From Ruminococcus sp. (lineage in GTDB: Bacteria; Bacillota; Clostridia; Oscillospirales; Acutalibacteraceae): DNA of 64,000 nucleotides. The notes under the pieces are model-generated. The model ran no database searches, had not been told where the DNA came from, and saw only the letters and a program-made list of their open reading frames with translations. Position 1 is the first letter of the stretch. Every line of letters starts with the position of its first letter. The position numbers and the translations under genes were made by a program. The DNA lies in the NCBI GenBank assembly GCA_045545935.1, contig JAZQBV010000005.1, positions 160,112 through 224,111 on the forward strand. Reading direction: 5' to 3'. This document shows, piece by piece, positions 30,100 to 38,936 of this stretch.

Positions 30100-31668
30100 A
30101 TGAAACAAAAAGGTAGACGTTTTGTACAGGACGATTCAAAAAAGAATATTAAAGAAAAGCGTGAGCCTAAACCTAAGAAGAGAAATCGTTCAGACTACGG
30201 TGACGATTTTAGTTTAGGTGCTGAGGATAACGCTAAGCATCCTGTCGCTAAGGTTGATAAGAAGGTAACAAAAGCCCCAAAATTCTCCAAAAAAGCTGAT
30301 AATAAAGCTGAGAAAAAAGCAGATAGTGTATCTAAATCAAAGCGTGAAAAACGCAAAATTGTCAAGCAGAGTAAAAAAACTATATCAAAACCAAAGAAAG
30401 CCTCTGACAAAGATTTAGATATTCCAAAAGCTTTTAATAAAAAAACAGATCGCAAAGTCTTAAGCTACGAGGATCTACCACTTGATGACAGCACACGTGC
30501 ACGATTTGGCAGAGTTCAGTCAACTTTTAGAATGAACCGAAAGAGCATCGTGCTCAGTACTATTATCATTGTACTGCTTGTTTTATGTGTTCTTATGTTT
30601 GCTAATCGTGACAAGCTGAGCTTTAGTAATATCAAAAACTGGTTTGAATACGGCGTGCTTAATATGCAAAGCGAAGAGCAGTTTCCTATCAATATAGGTG
30701 ATTCTGTCATAAGCGATGGCAACTTCACTCGTATAGATGGCAATCTTGCGTTTGTTTCAGATACACAGTTTGTCACAGTCAACAGCTACGGACGACATAT
30801 CTACAACGCATCACAGAGCTTTTCTAACCCTGTGCTTGTTACATCATCAGACAGCGATTTGTCCATCTTGTATAACTTAGGTGGCACAGGCTTTGAGATT
30901 AACAGCCTTGATGAGAATATCTTCAAGGGCGATGCAGAGGATAACATCTTTGTTGCAGACATCGCAAAGGACGGCACCTACGCAATAGTAACCCAAAAGG
31001 ACGGATATTTGAGCAAACTCTATGTTTACTCAGCCGACAACAAGCAGATTTTTGCTTACTCCTTTGCAGATTACTATATAACCTCAGTTTCTATTAACGA
31101 GAGCGGCAAGACCTGTGCACTCTCCGGCATATCCGGCCACGATGGCAACGAGATGTCAGCTATCTATGTTCTTGATTTCACCAAGGATGAGCCTGTATTG
31201 TTTGAGGAGTTTGAAAACAATATCATTTACTATATCAAGTATCTCAACAAGAACCACCTTTGTGCTATCGGAAAAACTGCAACCTATACAGTAAACACAC
31301 GCTCAAAGGCAGTAACTGTCAGCGAGTATGATGGCAAAACTTTGACAGCGTTTACCGTAAATAGCGACACTAACACTTTTGCGATATCCCTGTCCCGTAG
31401 TGCTGACGGCAGAATGTGCGATATACTCAATTTCTCACAAAACGGCACACTGAAATCGACTGTTAACACTGAGCTCAAGGTCAAATCTCTGTCTACTTAC
31501 AAGAACCGCATAGCAGTATTAAGTGACAACACAGCATATCTGTTCAGCAAAGATGGTGTTATGCTATCCGACAAAGAGGCAGGACTTGACCCTCACAGCA
31601 TTGTTTTGTATTCAAAGAACGATGCGTACGTGCTCTCTGTTGGCGAGATTACACAGCTTGATCTGTAA
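30100..31668 (+). CDS. Membrane-anchored beta-repeat protein (DUF5711-like) with Lys-rich N-terminus
   Basis: About 140 aa Lys-rich N-terminus, one TM helix, then repeated short beta-strand units. Confidence 0.6.
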   Translation: MKQKGRRFVQDDSKKNIKEKREPKPKKRNRSDYGDDFSLGAEDNAKHPVAKVDKKVTKAPKFSKKADNKAEKKADSVSKSKREKRKIVKQSKKTISKPKKASDKDLDIPKAFNKKTDRKVLSYEDLPLDDSTRARFGRVQSTFRMNRKSIVLSTIIIVLLVLCVLMFANRDKLSFSNIKNWFEYGVLNMQSEEQFPINIGDSVISDGNFTRIDGNLAFVSDTQFVTVNSYGRHIYNASQSFSNPVLVTSSDSDLSILYNLGGTGFEINSLDENIFKGDAEDNIFVADIAKDGTYAIVTQKDGYLSKLYVYSADNKQIFAYSFADYYITSVSINESGKTCALSGISGHDGNEMSAIYVLDFTKDEPVLFEEFENNIIYYIKYLNKNHLCAIGKTATYTVNTRSKAVTVSEYDGKTLTAFTVNSDTNTFAISLSRSADGRMCDILNFSQNGTLKSTVNTELKVKSLSTYKNRIAVLSDNTAYLFSKDGVMLSDKEAGLDPHSIVLYSKNDAYVLSVGEITQLDL

Positions 31669-31676
31669 GGTGTCTT

Positions 31677-32363
31677 ATGATTCTTGATGTAATTGTTATT
31701 TTAACTTTTATAGTATTTCTAATCATCGGTTTGAGACTCGGTGCTATCAGAATGTTCAGCGGATTTTTGCTGTCTTTTATTGCTTTTTTCATAGCATCTG
31801 CATTAGGTGACACACTGTCAACTTTGCTGTATGATAACTATCTGCACAGCAGTATAATCACCGCTGTTAGCTCTCAGGTATCCTCCGTAACAGGCGGTAT
31901 CGATGTTTCATCTACAGTAGAGTCCCTGCCGCTTGTGGCACAGCTTGCACTCAAGCTCTCAGATGTAGATATCACAACATCACTTGACAGCACACTCAGC
32001 AGTGCACCGCTTGCGCTCGCTAATGCAGTTAGTGATGCTCTAAAACCGACTGTCATAGCCTTGCTGTCGTTTGTTCTTACTATACTTTTGTATATTATTA
32101 TTTTCTTTTTACTGCGTACAATAGGCATCAGATTACTCAGAAGAGTCTTTTCTCTTCCTATTTTAAAACAGCTCAATTCACTACTCGGAGCGATATGTGG
32201 TGGCTTGTGTGCTTTGCTTGCAGTCACTATATTTGCTTTTTTACTTTCTATTATCACTCCGTATGTTGACAGTATGCCTGTTGTTTTTTCAGAGTCAACA
32301 ATTTACAATTCATACATATTTTACTACTTTTATAGTGGTAATATATTTAGTGCAATTATATAA
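31677..32363 (+). CDS. CvpA (colicin V production) family membrane protein
   Basis: MILDVIVILTFIVFLIIGLRLGAIR start and LNSLLGAICG motif. Confidence 0.75.
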   Translation: MILDVIVILTFIVFLIIGLRLGAIRMFSGFLLSFIAFFIASALGDTLSTLLYDNYLHSSIITAVSSQVSSVTGGIDVSSTVESLPLVAQLALKLSDVDITTSLDSTLSSAPLALANAVSDALKPTVIALLSFVLTILLYIIIFFLLRTIGIRLLRRVFSLPILKQLNSLLGAICGGLCALLAVTIFAFLLSIITPYVDSMPVVFSESTIYNSYIFYYFYSGNIFSAII

Positions 32364-32384
32364 AATTCAAAGGATAGATTTAAA

Positions 32385-33074
32385 ATGTCCAAACAACAAA
32401 AAACTAAAAAAACACCTGTTCCACTCAAAGGCGAGTCTCAGGCAAGCAACCGTGCGTTTACTATTCCTAACATAATTTGTCTTGTGCGTATACTGCTCAT
32501 TACTCCGTTTGTGGAGTTTTTCCTTGATGGACAGTACGAGTATGCAGCCTTGGTGATAATCATTTCAGGCCTTTCAGATTGCCTCGATGGCTTTATAGCA
32601 CGCAAGTTTAATCAGGAGTCAGAGCTTGGCAAGATTCTTGACCCCCTCGCTGACAAGCTCACAGTTTTGGCAGTAGGTATCTGCCTTGCTATTATCCAGC
32701 CGTTGTTTTTACCTATTATGGTTATTCTGCTTATCAAAGATTTATTTATGCTTATCGGTAGCTCCAAGGTTATCAAAAAGGGCATCTTAGTCCCAAAATC
32801 CAAGTGGTACGGCAAGCTCGGCACGGTCATGTTTTATGTAAGCGTTGCATTTATTGTATTTAACGAGATTATGCAAAACAGCGATGACCCTCTTGTGTAT
32901 ATACCTGAGAAGGTCGGCCTTATTATCTCTATGGTTATGCTGTGTATCACAGCAGCAGTTATGATTTTTGCATTTGTTATGTATACTTTTATGTTCAAAG
33001 AGATTATGACTCAGGCAAAAGATATGGAGAACGAAGAAATCAGCGCTGCTGTTACCAACGCAGACGACCAATAA
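32385..33074 (+). CDS. pgsA: CDP-alcohol phosphatidyltransferase (PgsA-like)
   Basis: TIPNI and SDCLDGFIARKFNQESELGKILDPLADK signature. Confidence 0.88.
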   Translation: MSKQQKTKKTPVPLKGESQASNRAFTIPNIICLVRILLITPFVEFFLDGQYEYAALVIIISGLSDCLDGFIARKFNQESELGKILDPLADKLTVLAVGICLAIIQPLFLPIMVILLIKDLFMLIGSSKVIKKGILVPKSKWYGKLGTVMFYVSVAFIVFNEIMQNSDDPLVYIPEKVGLIISMVMLCITAAVMIFAFVMYTFMFKEIMTQAKDMENEEISAAVTNADDQ

Positions 33075-33119
33075 GTTAGTAAGTTTTCGTATACACGATT
33101 TATATAAAGGAGAAGATAT

Positions 33120-35438
33120 ATGATTTGTTCCAAATGTGGAAAGCGCCCTGCTGTAGTGTTTGTATCAACAAACAACGCAGACGATAAACCAAAGGGCTAC
33201 TGTCTTGTTTGTGCTAAAGACCTTGGCATCAAACCCGTAGAGGACCTTATGAACAAGATGGGCATCACACCTGACCAGTTAGATGCTGTACAGGAGCAGA
33301 TGGATTCTATTATGGAGAGTGGCGATATGAACTCCCTCATTGAGTCTATGGGTATGGGAGATATGGCACAGCAGTTGTCGGTTGACGACTCTGACCCTGA
33401 TGATTCTTTTTCTGTGGGTGGCGCACCGAGCTTTCCTAATATTTTCAATATGTTTTCACAGAATAAGCCTGCAGATTCTAAAGCTTCTTCAGGCGACAAA
33501 AATTCTAAAAAAGAAAAAAAGCAAAAGAATCGCAAGCATATAAGCCTCTATTGCTATGACCTCACCAAGAAGGCAAGAGAGGGCAAGACTGACAGAGTTA
33601 TCGGCAGAGACAAGGAGATAGAGCGTATTATTCAGATTTTATCTCGCCGTTCAAAAAACAACCCTTGCTTAATAGGCGAGCCTGGTGTAGGTAAGACAGC
33701 AATAGCCGAGGGCTTAGCATTGCGTATTGCTACAGGTAATGTCCCACAACGTCTCAAAAACAAAGAAATTCAGCTTTTGGACCTTACTGCCTTGATTGCA
33801 GGAACACAGTTCAGAGGTCAGTTTGAGAGTCGTATCAAAGGTCTTACTCAAGAGGTAAAGGAAGCTGGAAACATCATCTTGTTTATTGACGAAGTCCACA
33901 ACCTTGTCGGTACAGGTGATGCAGAGGGCACAATGAACGCCGCAAACATCTTGAAGCCTGCGTTGTCACGTGGTGAGATTCAGGTCATTGGTGCTACTAC
34001 CTTCAATGAATACAGAAAGTATATTGAAAAAGACTCAGCGCTTGAAAGACGTTTTCAGCCTGTCAAGATCAACGAGCCGTCAATTCTTGATTCCATAGAG
34101 ATTATCTCTGGTGTTCGAGAGTATTACGAGAATCACCATAGAGTCAGGGTTTCTGACGACATAGTCAGAAAAGCAGTTGTTTTTTCAGAGCGATATATAT
34201 CAGACCGATTCTTGCCTGATAAAGCTATAGACCTGCTCGATGAATCCTGCGCTTGTGCAGCACTGCGTAACAAAGAGCTCGAAAACTACGAGAGATTAGT
34301 TGACGACAAAAAGACTCTCGAAATAACTCGTGACCAATTAAGCGCCGAAGAAGAGATAGATTACGAGACTCTGCTTACTGTAAAGAGCGAACTCACAAAG
34401 GTTGAGAATCAGCTCTCAGAAATATCAGAAGACTCCCTCACAGCACAGGTCACAGAGGAAGATTTGGCTAAGGTTATCGAGCTTTGGACAGGTATTCCAT
34501 CAAGCAGAATTCGAGAGAACGAGCTTGCAAAACTCGCAGATATAGATACTAAACTCAAACAGAAGATTATAGGTCAGGACGAGGCTGTAGATGCGTTGTC
34601 GTCAGCTATCCGCCGTTCTCGTGTACAGATTTCACCACGTAGACGCCCTGCATCTTTCATTTTTGTCGGACCTACAGGTGTCGGCAAGACAGAGCTTGTC
34701 AAGGTGCTGTCACAGGAGCTATTTGATACTCCGGAGACACTCATCAGACTTGATATGTCTGAGTTTATGGAGAAGCACTCTGTCTCAAAAATCATCGGTT
34801 CACCTCCAGGCTATGTCGGATATGACGAGGCAGGTCAGGTTACAGAGAAGGTCAGACGCAGACCATACTCTGTTTTATTGTTTGACGAGATAGAGAAGGC
34901 TCATCCTGATGTCCTCAATATCCTGTTGCAGATTTTAGACGAGGGCAAGCTCACAGATGCGCACGGCAGGTCTGTTGATTTTACGAACACAGTTATTGTT
35001 ATGACATCAAACGCCGGCTCAGATAAGCGTGAAAACGCCTTAGGTTTTGCAAAGAGCGAGGAGGACGCTGAGCGTGAAAAGGTTATGAAAGCCTTGTCAG
35101 AGTTTTTGCGTCCTGAGTTCATAGCTCGTGTTGACGAGGTTATATCGTTCAAATCTCTGTCAAAAGATAATTTCATAGCTATAGCTGACCTTATGCTCTC
35201 AGAGTATATACCTACTTTAGCTGAAAAAGGCATCGAGTTCAGATACGACCAAAAAGCCTGTGAGTATCTTGCATCAAAGTCCTGTAGTGGCAAGAGTGGT
35301 GCTCGTGATTTGCGCAACCTCATTCGCAAAGAGGTCGAGGATATCATTACAAACAAGATGATAGAGGCAGGCACAGCGTCTATTGCGGCTATCAGCGTCT
35401 CAGCATCTGATACACGGCTCATAGTTGATTCTATTTAA
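33120..35438 (+). CDS. Clp/Hsp100 ATPase with N-terminal C4 zinc finger (ClpE-like)
   Basis: CSKC...CLVC N-terminus; two AAA modules ([16 protein letters not shown]), IDEVH and RLDMSEFME motifs. Confidence 0.92.
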   Translation: MICSKCGKRPAVVFVSTNNADDKPKGYCLVCAKDLGIKPVEDLMNKMGITPDQLDAVQEQMDSIMESGDMNSLIESMGMGDMAQQLSVDDSDPDDSFSVGGAPSFPNIFNMFSQNKPADSKASSGDKNSKKEKKQKNRKHISLYCYDLTKKAREGKTDRVIGRDKEIERIIQILSRRSKNNPCLIGEPGVGKTAIAEGLALRIATGNVPQRLKNKEIQLLDLTALIAGTQFRGQFESRIKGLTQEVKEAGNIILFIDEVHNLVGTGDAEGTMNAANILKPALSRGEIQVIGATTFNEYRKYIEKDSALERRFQPVKINEPSILDSIEIISGVREYYENHHRVRVSDDIVRKAVVFSERYISDRFLPDKAIDLLDESCACAALRNKELENYERLVDDKKTLEITRDQLSAEEEIDYETLLTVKSELTKVENQLSEISEDSLTAQVTEEDLAKVIELWTGIPSSRIRENELAKLADIDTKLKQKIIGQDEAVDALSSAIRRSRVQISPRRRPASFIFVGPTGVGKTELVKVLSQELFDTPETLIRLDMSEFMEKHSVSKIIGSPPGYVGYDEAGQVTEKVRRRPYSVLLFDEIEKAHPDVLNILLQILDEGKLTDAHGRSVDFTNTVIVMTSNAGSDKRENALGFAKSEEDAEREKVMKALSEFLRPEFIARVDEVISFKSLSKDNFIAIADLMLSEYIPTLAEKGIEFRYDQKACEYLASKSCSGKSGARDLRNLIRKEVEDIITNKMIEAGTASIAAISVSASDTRLIVDSI

Positions 35439-35444
35439 TATACC

Positions 35445-35477
35445 AAAAGCGGTCATAGCTTTAATGACCGCTTTTTT
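35445..35477 (+). terminator. Intrinsic terminator after the clp gene
   Basis: AAAAGCGGTCAT/ATGACCGCTTTT stem plus T-run. Confidence 0.85.
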
Positions 35478-35486
35478 ATATATTTA

Positions 35487-35516
35487 ACCGCTTACGTTTT
35501 CTAAACGACCGAATAC
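35487..35516 (+). promoter_or_regulatory. LytTR-type direct-repeat operator
   Basis: ACCGCTTAC-N12-ACCGAATAC, the 9-12-9 geometry known for LytTR sites, just upstream of the LytTR gene. Confidence 0.7.
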
Positions 35517-35577
35517 TTATTTTTTATTGATATACCATACGCTTTTAGTTAATATAAGCTTGCAAGGAGGAAGCACC

Positions 35578-36012
35578 ATGAAATTTACACTCAATATTGA
35601 CAAGACTTTAGATGAAGAGGTGATTGTCAATGCACACGAAAAAACACCCCTGATAGAGCAGATAGAGCGTCTTGTAATTAATGATACTTTCGAGCTTATC
35701 GGCTACAAGAGTGATAAGACAGCATCAATTCTTGATTTTGCAGATATCAACTGCTTTGTTGTCAGTGATAATAAGGTGTATGCCTATACGGCTGACGACA
35801 AATATATCATCAAGCTAAGACTCTATCAGTTGATGGACAAAGTTCCGCACAGCTTCATCAAGGTCAACCAATCGTGTATTGGCAACATCAGACAAATCTC
35901 TCGTTTTGACGCATCGCTTGCAGGCTCATTATTAGTAAAATTCAAGTGTGGATATACAGATTGTGTATCCAGACGACAACTAAAAGAATTTAAAGAAAGG
36001 TTTGGTATTTAA
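35578..36012 (+). CDS. Stand-alone LytTR-domain transcriptional regulator
   Basis: LRLYQL...SFIKVNQSCIGNI...VSRR LytTR domain, no receiver domain; AAGGAGG RBS before ATG 35578. Confidence 0.88.
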   Translation: MKFTLNIDKTLDEEVIVNAHEKTPLIEQIERLVINDTFELIGYKSDKTASILDFADINCFVVSDNKVYAYTADDKYIIKLRLYQLMDKVPHSFIKVNQSCIGNIRQISRFDASLAGSLLVKFKCGYTDCVSRRQLKEFKERFGI

Positions 36013-36013
36013 T

Positions 36014-36433
36014 ATGAATAAGTATTTCAAAGAGTTTTTACATCGTGGTCTGATGTTTTCAGGCTTCGGACCAATCATTGCCGGTATTATCTATTTCATC
36101 GTTTCAAGGACTGTTGAGGGTGGCATTACTTTAACAGCAGCACAGGTTTTAATTGCGATAGTATCTACCTATCTGCTTGCTTTTATTCACGCAGGAGTAT
36201 CTGTGTTTAATCAGATGTATCATTGGCCACTACTAAAGTCAGTTGCGTGTCATTTTGCTTGCCTGTATTTAGCGTATGCACTTTGCTATATCGTCAATTC
36301 ATGGATTCCGTTTGTGCCACAGGTTTTATTGATATTCACAGCAATTTTTGTGGCTATTTACCTTGTTATTTGGCTCATAGTTTTTATAGTTATCAAAGCC
36401 ACATCAAAAAATCTAAACAAAAAGATTTCATAA
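36014..36433 (+). CDS. DUF3021-family membrane protein (LytTR-system partner)
   Basis: Four hydrophobic segments; FLHRGLMFSGFGPII, WPLLKSVACHF and IYLVIWL patterns; starts 1 nt after the LytTR stop. Confidence 0.78.
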   Translation: MNKYFKEFLHRGLMFSGFGPIIAGIIYFIVSRTVEGGITLTAAQVLIAIVSTYLLAFIHAGVSVFNQMYHWPLLKSVACHFACLYLAYALCYIVNSWIPFVPQVLLIFTAIFVAIYLVIWLIVFIVIKATSKNLNKKIS

Positions 36434-36467
36434 CAACAGAGGGTGCTACTTGTGTAGCACCCTCTGT

Positions 36468-37151
36468 TTATGTTGTTAGCTCTCTCAGCCTTTTTTTGTC
36501 AAGTATCTTCACACCGCGTCTTGACAGCTCCACAATACCTTCATTCTCAAAGTATTTGAGCATTCTCGACACTACTTCACGTGCAGAGCCCATATATTTT
36601 GCTATAAGGCTGTGTGTCAGCATTACTGTGTCTGTGTCGATTCTTGTTATCTCATCAAGCAAGAATATCGCAAGTCTTTTGTCCATACTCATAAATAATA
36701 TCTGTTGCATTATCCACATCATATTAGTAAAGTTTTCGAGTGTACTCTCAAGAGCGTACATTTTTGCGTCAATATATTTGTTGTTTATATACTCAAACGC
36801 CTCATCATTTATGTAGTAACAGCTCGAGTCTTCTTCAACATCGACAAAAATATCAAAGGTGATAGGGTCATTTATATATGACGAAGATAGAATGCAGATG
36901 TCGTCTTTATGAATTCTCATCAGCGTCAATTCTTTACATTCTTCTGACATTATGTACACTCTCAGCGAACCGCTGTTTAGCAGAATAACTCCGCCGTTAT
37001 CGCTACCGTCATATACAGTGGTACCTTTTCTTAGCTTTTTTTCAGACGAGTTTTTGTAGATGTATTCTTTGTCATAATCGGACAGCTCCTCCCAGAACGG
37101 AAAGTGCTCTGCACATTTAATTGTGAAAGTGTCTTTGTTCATAGTTTTCAC
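36468..37151 (-). CDS. Crp/Fnr-family transcriptional regulator
   Basis: N-terminal cNMP-type beta-roll, KRLAIFLL linker, HTH THSLIAKYMGSAREVVSRMLKYF. Confidence 0.92.
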   Translation of the reverse strand: MKTMNKDTFTIKCAEHFPFWEELSDYDKEYIYKNSSEKKLRKGTTVYDGSDNGGVILLNSGSLRVYIMSEECKELTLMRIHKDDICILSSSYINDPITFDIFVDVEEDSSCYYINDEAFEYINNKYIDAKMYALESTLENFTNMMWIMQQILFMSMDKRLAIFLLDEITRIDTDTVMLTHSLIAKYMGSAREVVSRMLKYFENEGIVELSRRGVKILDKKRLRELTT

Positions 37152-37164
37152 CTTTTGTATTTAT

Positions 37165-37180
37165 TGTGACCATAGTCACA
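37165..37180. promoter_or_regulatory. Crp/Fnr binding site
   Basis: Perfect TGTGA-CCATAG-TCACA, 14 nt upstream of the Crp/Fnr gene start. Confidence 0.85.
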
Positions 37181-37283
37181 GAAATAGTATAGAAAATAAT
37201 GTAGTATATCAACAAGATAATAATATATCTTTTGTACTTAAAACATAGTATCGACTATAAAATATACTAAAGGAGGCATTACT

Positions 37284-37667
37284 ATGGCAAACCACGAAAG
37301 CTTACCATTATTGTTACTTGACAACAGTTCTATGATTTCTGTAATCAACGAGGGCGAATTCAAATGCTCAAATATGACATTTGAAGATGCAAAGATGTTG
37401 CTCGAGATTTTTGACGAGAAAGAGTATCTCAAGTGCTTTTCAGACCCGGCTATCGAGTCTGTTATGTTTGAACAGCTCGAGATTGAGAAGCGTAGCTTCG
37501 AGTACAAGCACATCCGTAATATGAGAGTCGGTCAGCAGGCTATAGTATTCAAGCTTTACAGAACTCCTTCATTGTCAAACCCGATTATTTTAGCAGATGA
37601 CGGGGTAGAGGCTAAGAAAATCCAGAACGTCTATGCTTATTGCCAGCACCTCATTCGTGTCAAATAA
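37284..37667 (+). CDS. Small hypothetical protein, possible DUF1874 (STIV B116/YddF/AcrIII-1)-like fold
   Basis: Strong AAAGGAGG RBS and own terminator; motifs NS...GEF, T-FEDAK-LL, GQQAIVFKLY and terminal HLIRV recall DUF1874. The ORF is secure; the family call is tentative. Confidence 0.55.
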   Translation: MANHESLPLLLLDNSSMISVINEGEFKCSNMTFEDAKMLLEIFDEKEYLKCFSDPAIESVMFEQLEIEKRSFEYKHIRNMRVGQQAIVFKLYRTPSLSNPIILADDGVEAKKIQNVYAYCQHLIRVK

Positions 37668-37686
37668 TATAATCATTGTAGCACAA

Positions 37687-37720
37687 AACCCGCAGCACAC
37701 ACAAGTGTTGCGGGTTATTT
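37687..37720 (+). terminator. Intrinsic terminator after the 37284 gene
   Basis: AACCCGCAGCAC/GTGTTGCGGGTT stem followed by ATTT. Confidence 0.75.
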
Positions 37721-37781
37721 ATTTACAAACAAGTTGTTTGTCTATCTTTTGTGTTAATTTGTTTGCTACAAATTTTTATCA

Positions 37782-38029
37782 CCTTCGATTCCCAATCTGC
37801 AAACAAAAAACGACACCAGATAAGGTGCCGTTTTGTTGGAGCAGATGATGTATGCTTACAATGAATTTTATATAATTCTCGTCTTATGTCATTGTTGCAC
37901 ATAAAAGTTCATCTGCGCTCTCCCTAAAAACGCTCCACAGGAGAGTTATATTAACGGTCGCCTTCGATTCCCAATCTGCAAACAAAAAACGACACCCGAT
38001 AAGGTGCCGTTTTGTTGGAGCAGATGATG
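37782..38029. repeat. 69-bp direct repeat pair (37782-37850 and 37961-38029) containing the tRNA-Gly 3' end and its terminator
   Basis: CCTTCGATTCCCAATCTGCAAACAAAAAACGACACC(A/C)GATAAGGTGCCGTTTTGTTGGAGCAGATGATG occurs twice with one mismatch. Confidence 0.95.
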
Positions 38030-38089
38030 GGAATCGAACCCACACGATCAGCTTGGAAGGCTGAAGTTCTACCACTAAACTACATCTGC
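38016..38089 (-). tRNA. tRNA-Gly (TCC)
   Basis: GCAGATG...CAGCC-TTCCAAG-CTG...GGTTCGATTCC...CATCTGCTCCA cloverleaf; promoter TTGACA-17-TAAAAT at 38160-38132. Confidence 0.97.
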
Positions 38090-38163
38090 ATATTGCAGGG
38101 ACAAGACCCTGCCTTTTTTATTGCAAGTGATATTTTAGCACAAACAAAAGTGTTTGTCAAACA

Positions 38164-38556
38164 TTATTGAATATTATTACCTATCCTGTAAATCTCCTGA
38201 TTATCTATATCTATCTCAGGAATAATTACTGGTTTTATACCACAGTTTGCGGTAATAGTAGTAATGATAGCCTTGACATACGGGAACAGTGATTTGAATG
38301 TCTGAGTGTGTATCTGCTCTTTCTTTTCGCCTTCTTTGTAACTAAAGATGCCAACAGCAACAACGTGAATTTTAAATTTATCAGGGTTGTTAGAATCTGC
38401 AACCTCTATATCAAACTCACCTTTGCACATATTGTTATTAGCATATTGTACGTTATAACTGTATTTGTTTGAAAGTTTAATCTGTGTGCCGTTCTCAAGT
38501 GTTGCGACAAATTCTATTTTATCTACCTTATATCCCTGCAAAGAAACTATAGCCAT
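38164..38556 (-). CDS. SecB-like chaperone
   Basis: 130 aa with C-terminal LFPYVKAIITTITANCGIKPVIIPEID, the SecB-family consensus. Confidence 0.8.
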   Translation of the reverse strand: MAIVSLQGYKVDKIEFVATLENGTQIKLSNKYSYNVQYANNNMCKGEFDIEVADSNNPDKFKIHVVAVGIFSYKEGEKKEQIHTQTFKSLFPYVKAIITTITANCGIKPVIIPEIDIDNQEIYRIGNNIQ

Positions 38557-38677
38557 AAATATATCTCCTTTAATATTTTATTCAATTATAACACATATTA
38601 TTGATATTATAAAGCTTTATTTTTGATATTGTTAATATTGACATAAAGAGAAAATATGGTATACTAAACAATGTTGT

Positions 38678-38753
38678 TGGGAAGTAGCCAAGCGGTAAGG
38701 CAACGGACTTTGACTCCGTCATTTCGTGGGTTCGAACCCCGCCTTCCCAGCCA
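38678..38753 (+). tRNA. tRNA-Gln (TTG)
   Basis: TGGGAAG...ACGGA-CTTTGAC-TCCGT...GGTTCGAACC...CTTCCCAGCCA; promoter TTGACA-16-TATACT at 38638-38665. Confidence 0.97.
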
Positions 38754-38936
38754 GAAACAAGGCACTCTTTTGAGTGCCTTGTTTTTTTATTTGGGGTGTG
38801 GGTTCGAAGCCGAGAGGGCATAGGCGCAATATATTAAACAAATTAACAAAAAATTCTTATCTTATGTGTAAATATATGCTATAATTATGTTGCAGATAGT
38901 CTTATTGACTAATGTTTAATTTGAGGAGTGAGAGTT

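Noticed and set aside
36223-36816. 197-aa ORF overlapping DUF3021 and antisense to the Crp/Fnr gene
   Set aside because: Shadow frame with no RBS and no recognisable motifs; both overlapped genes are well supported.
37884-38075. Short ORFs over tRNA loci (also 38582-38821, 40851-41051, 58591-58809)
   Set aside because: Translations of tRNA genes.
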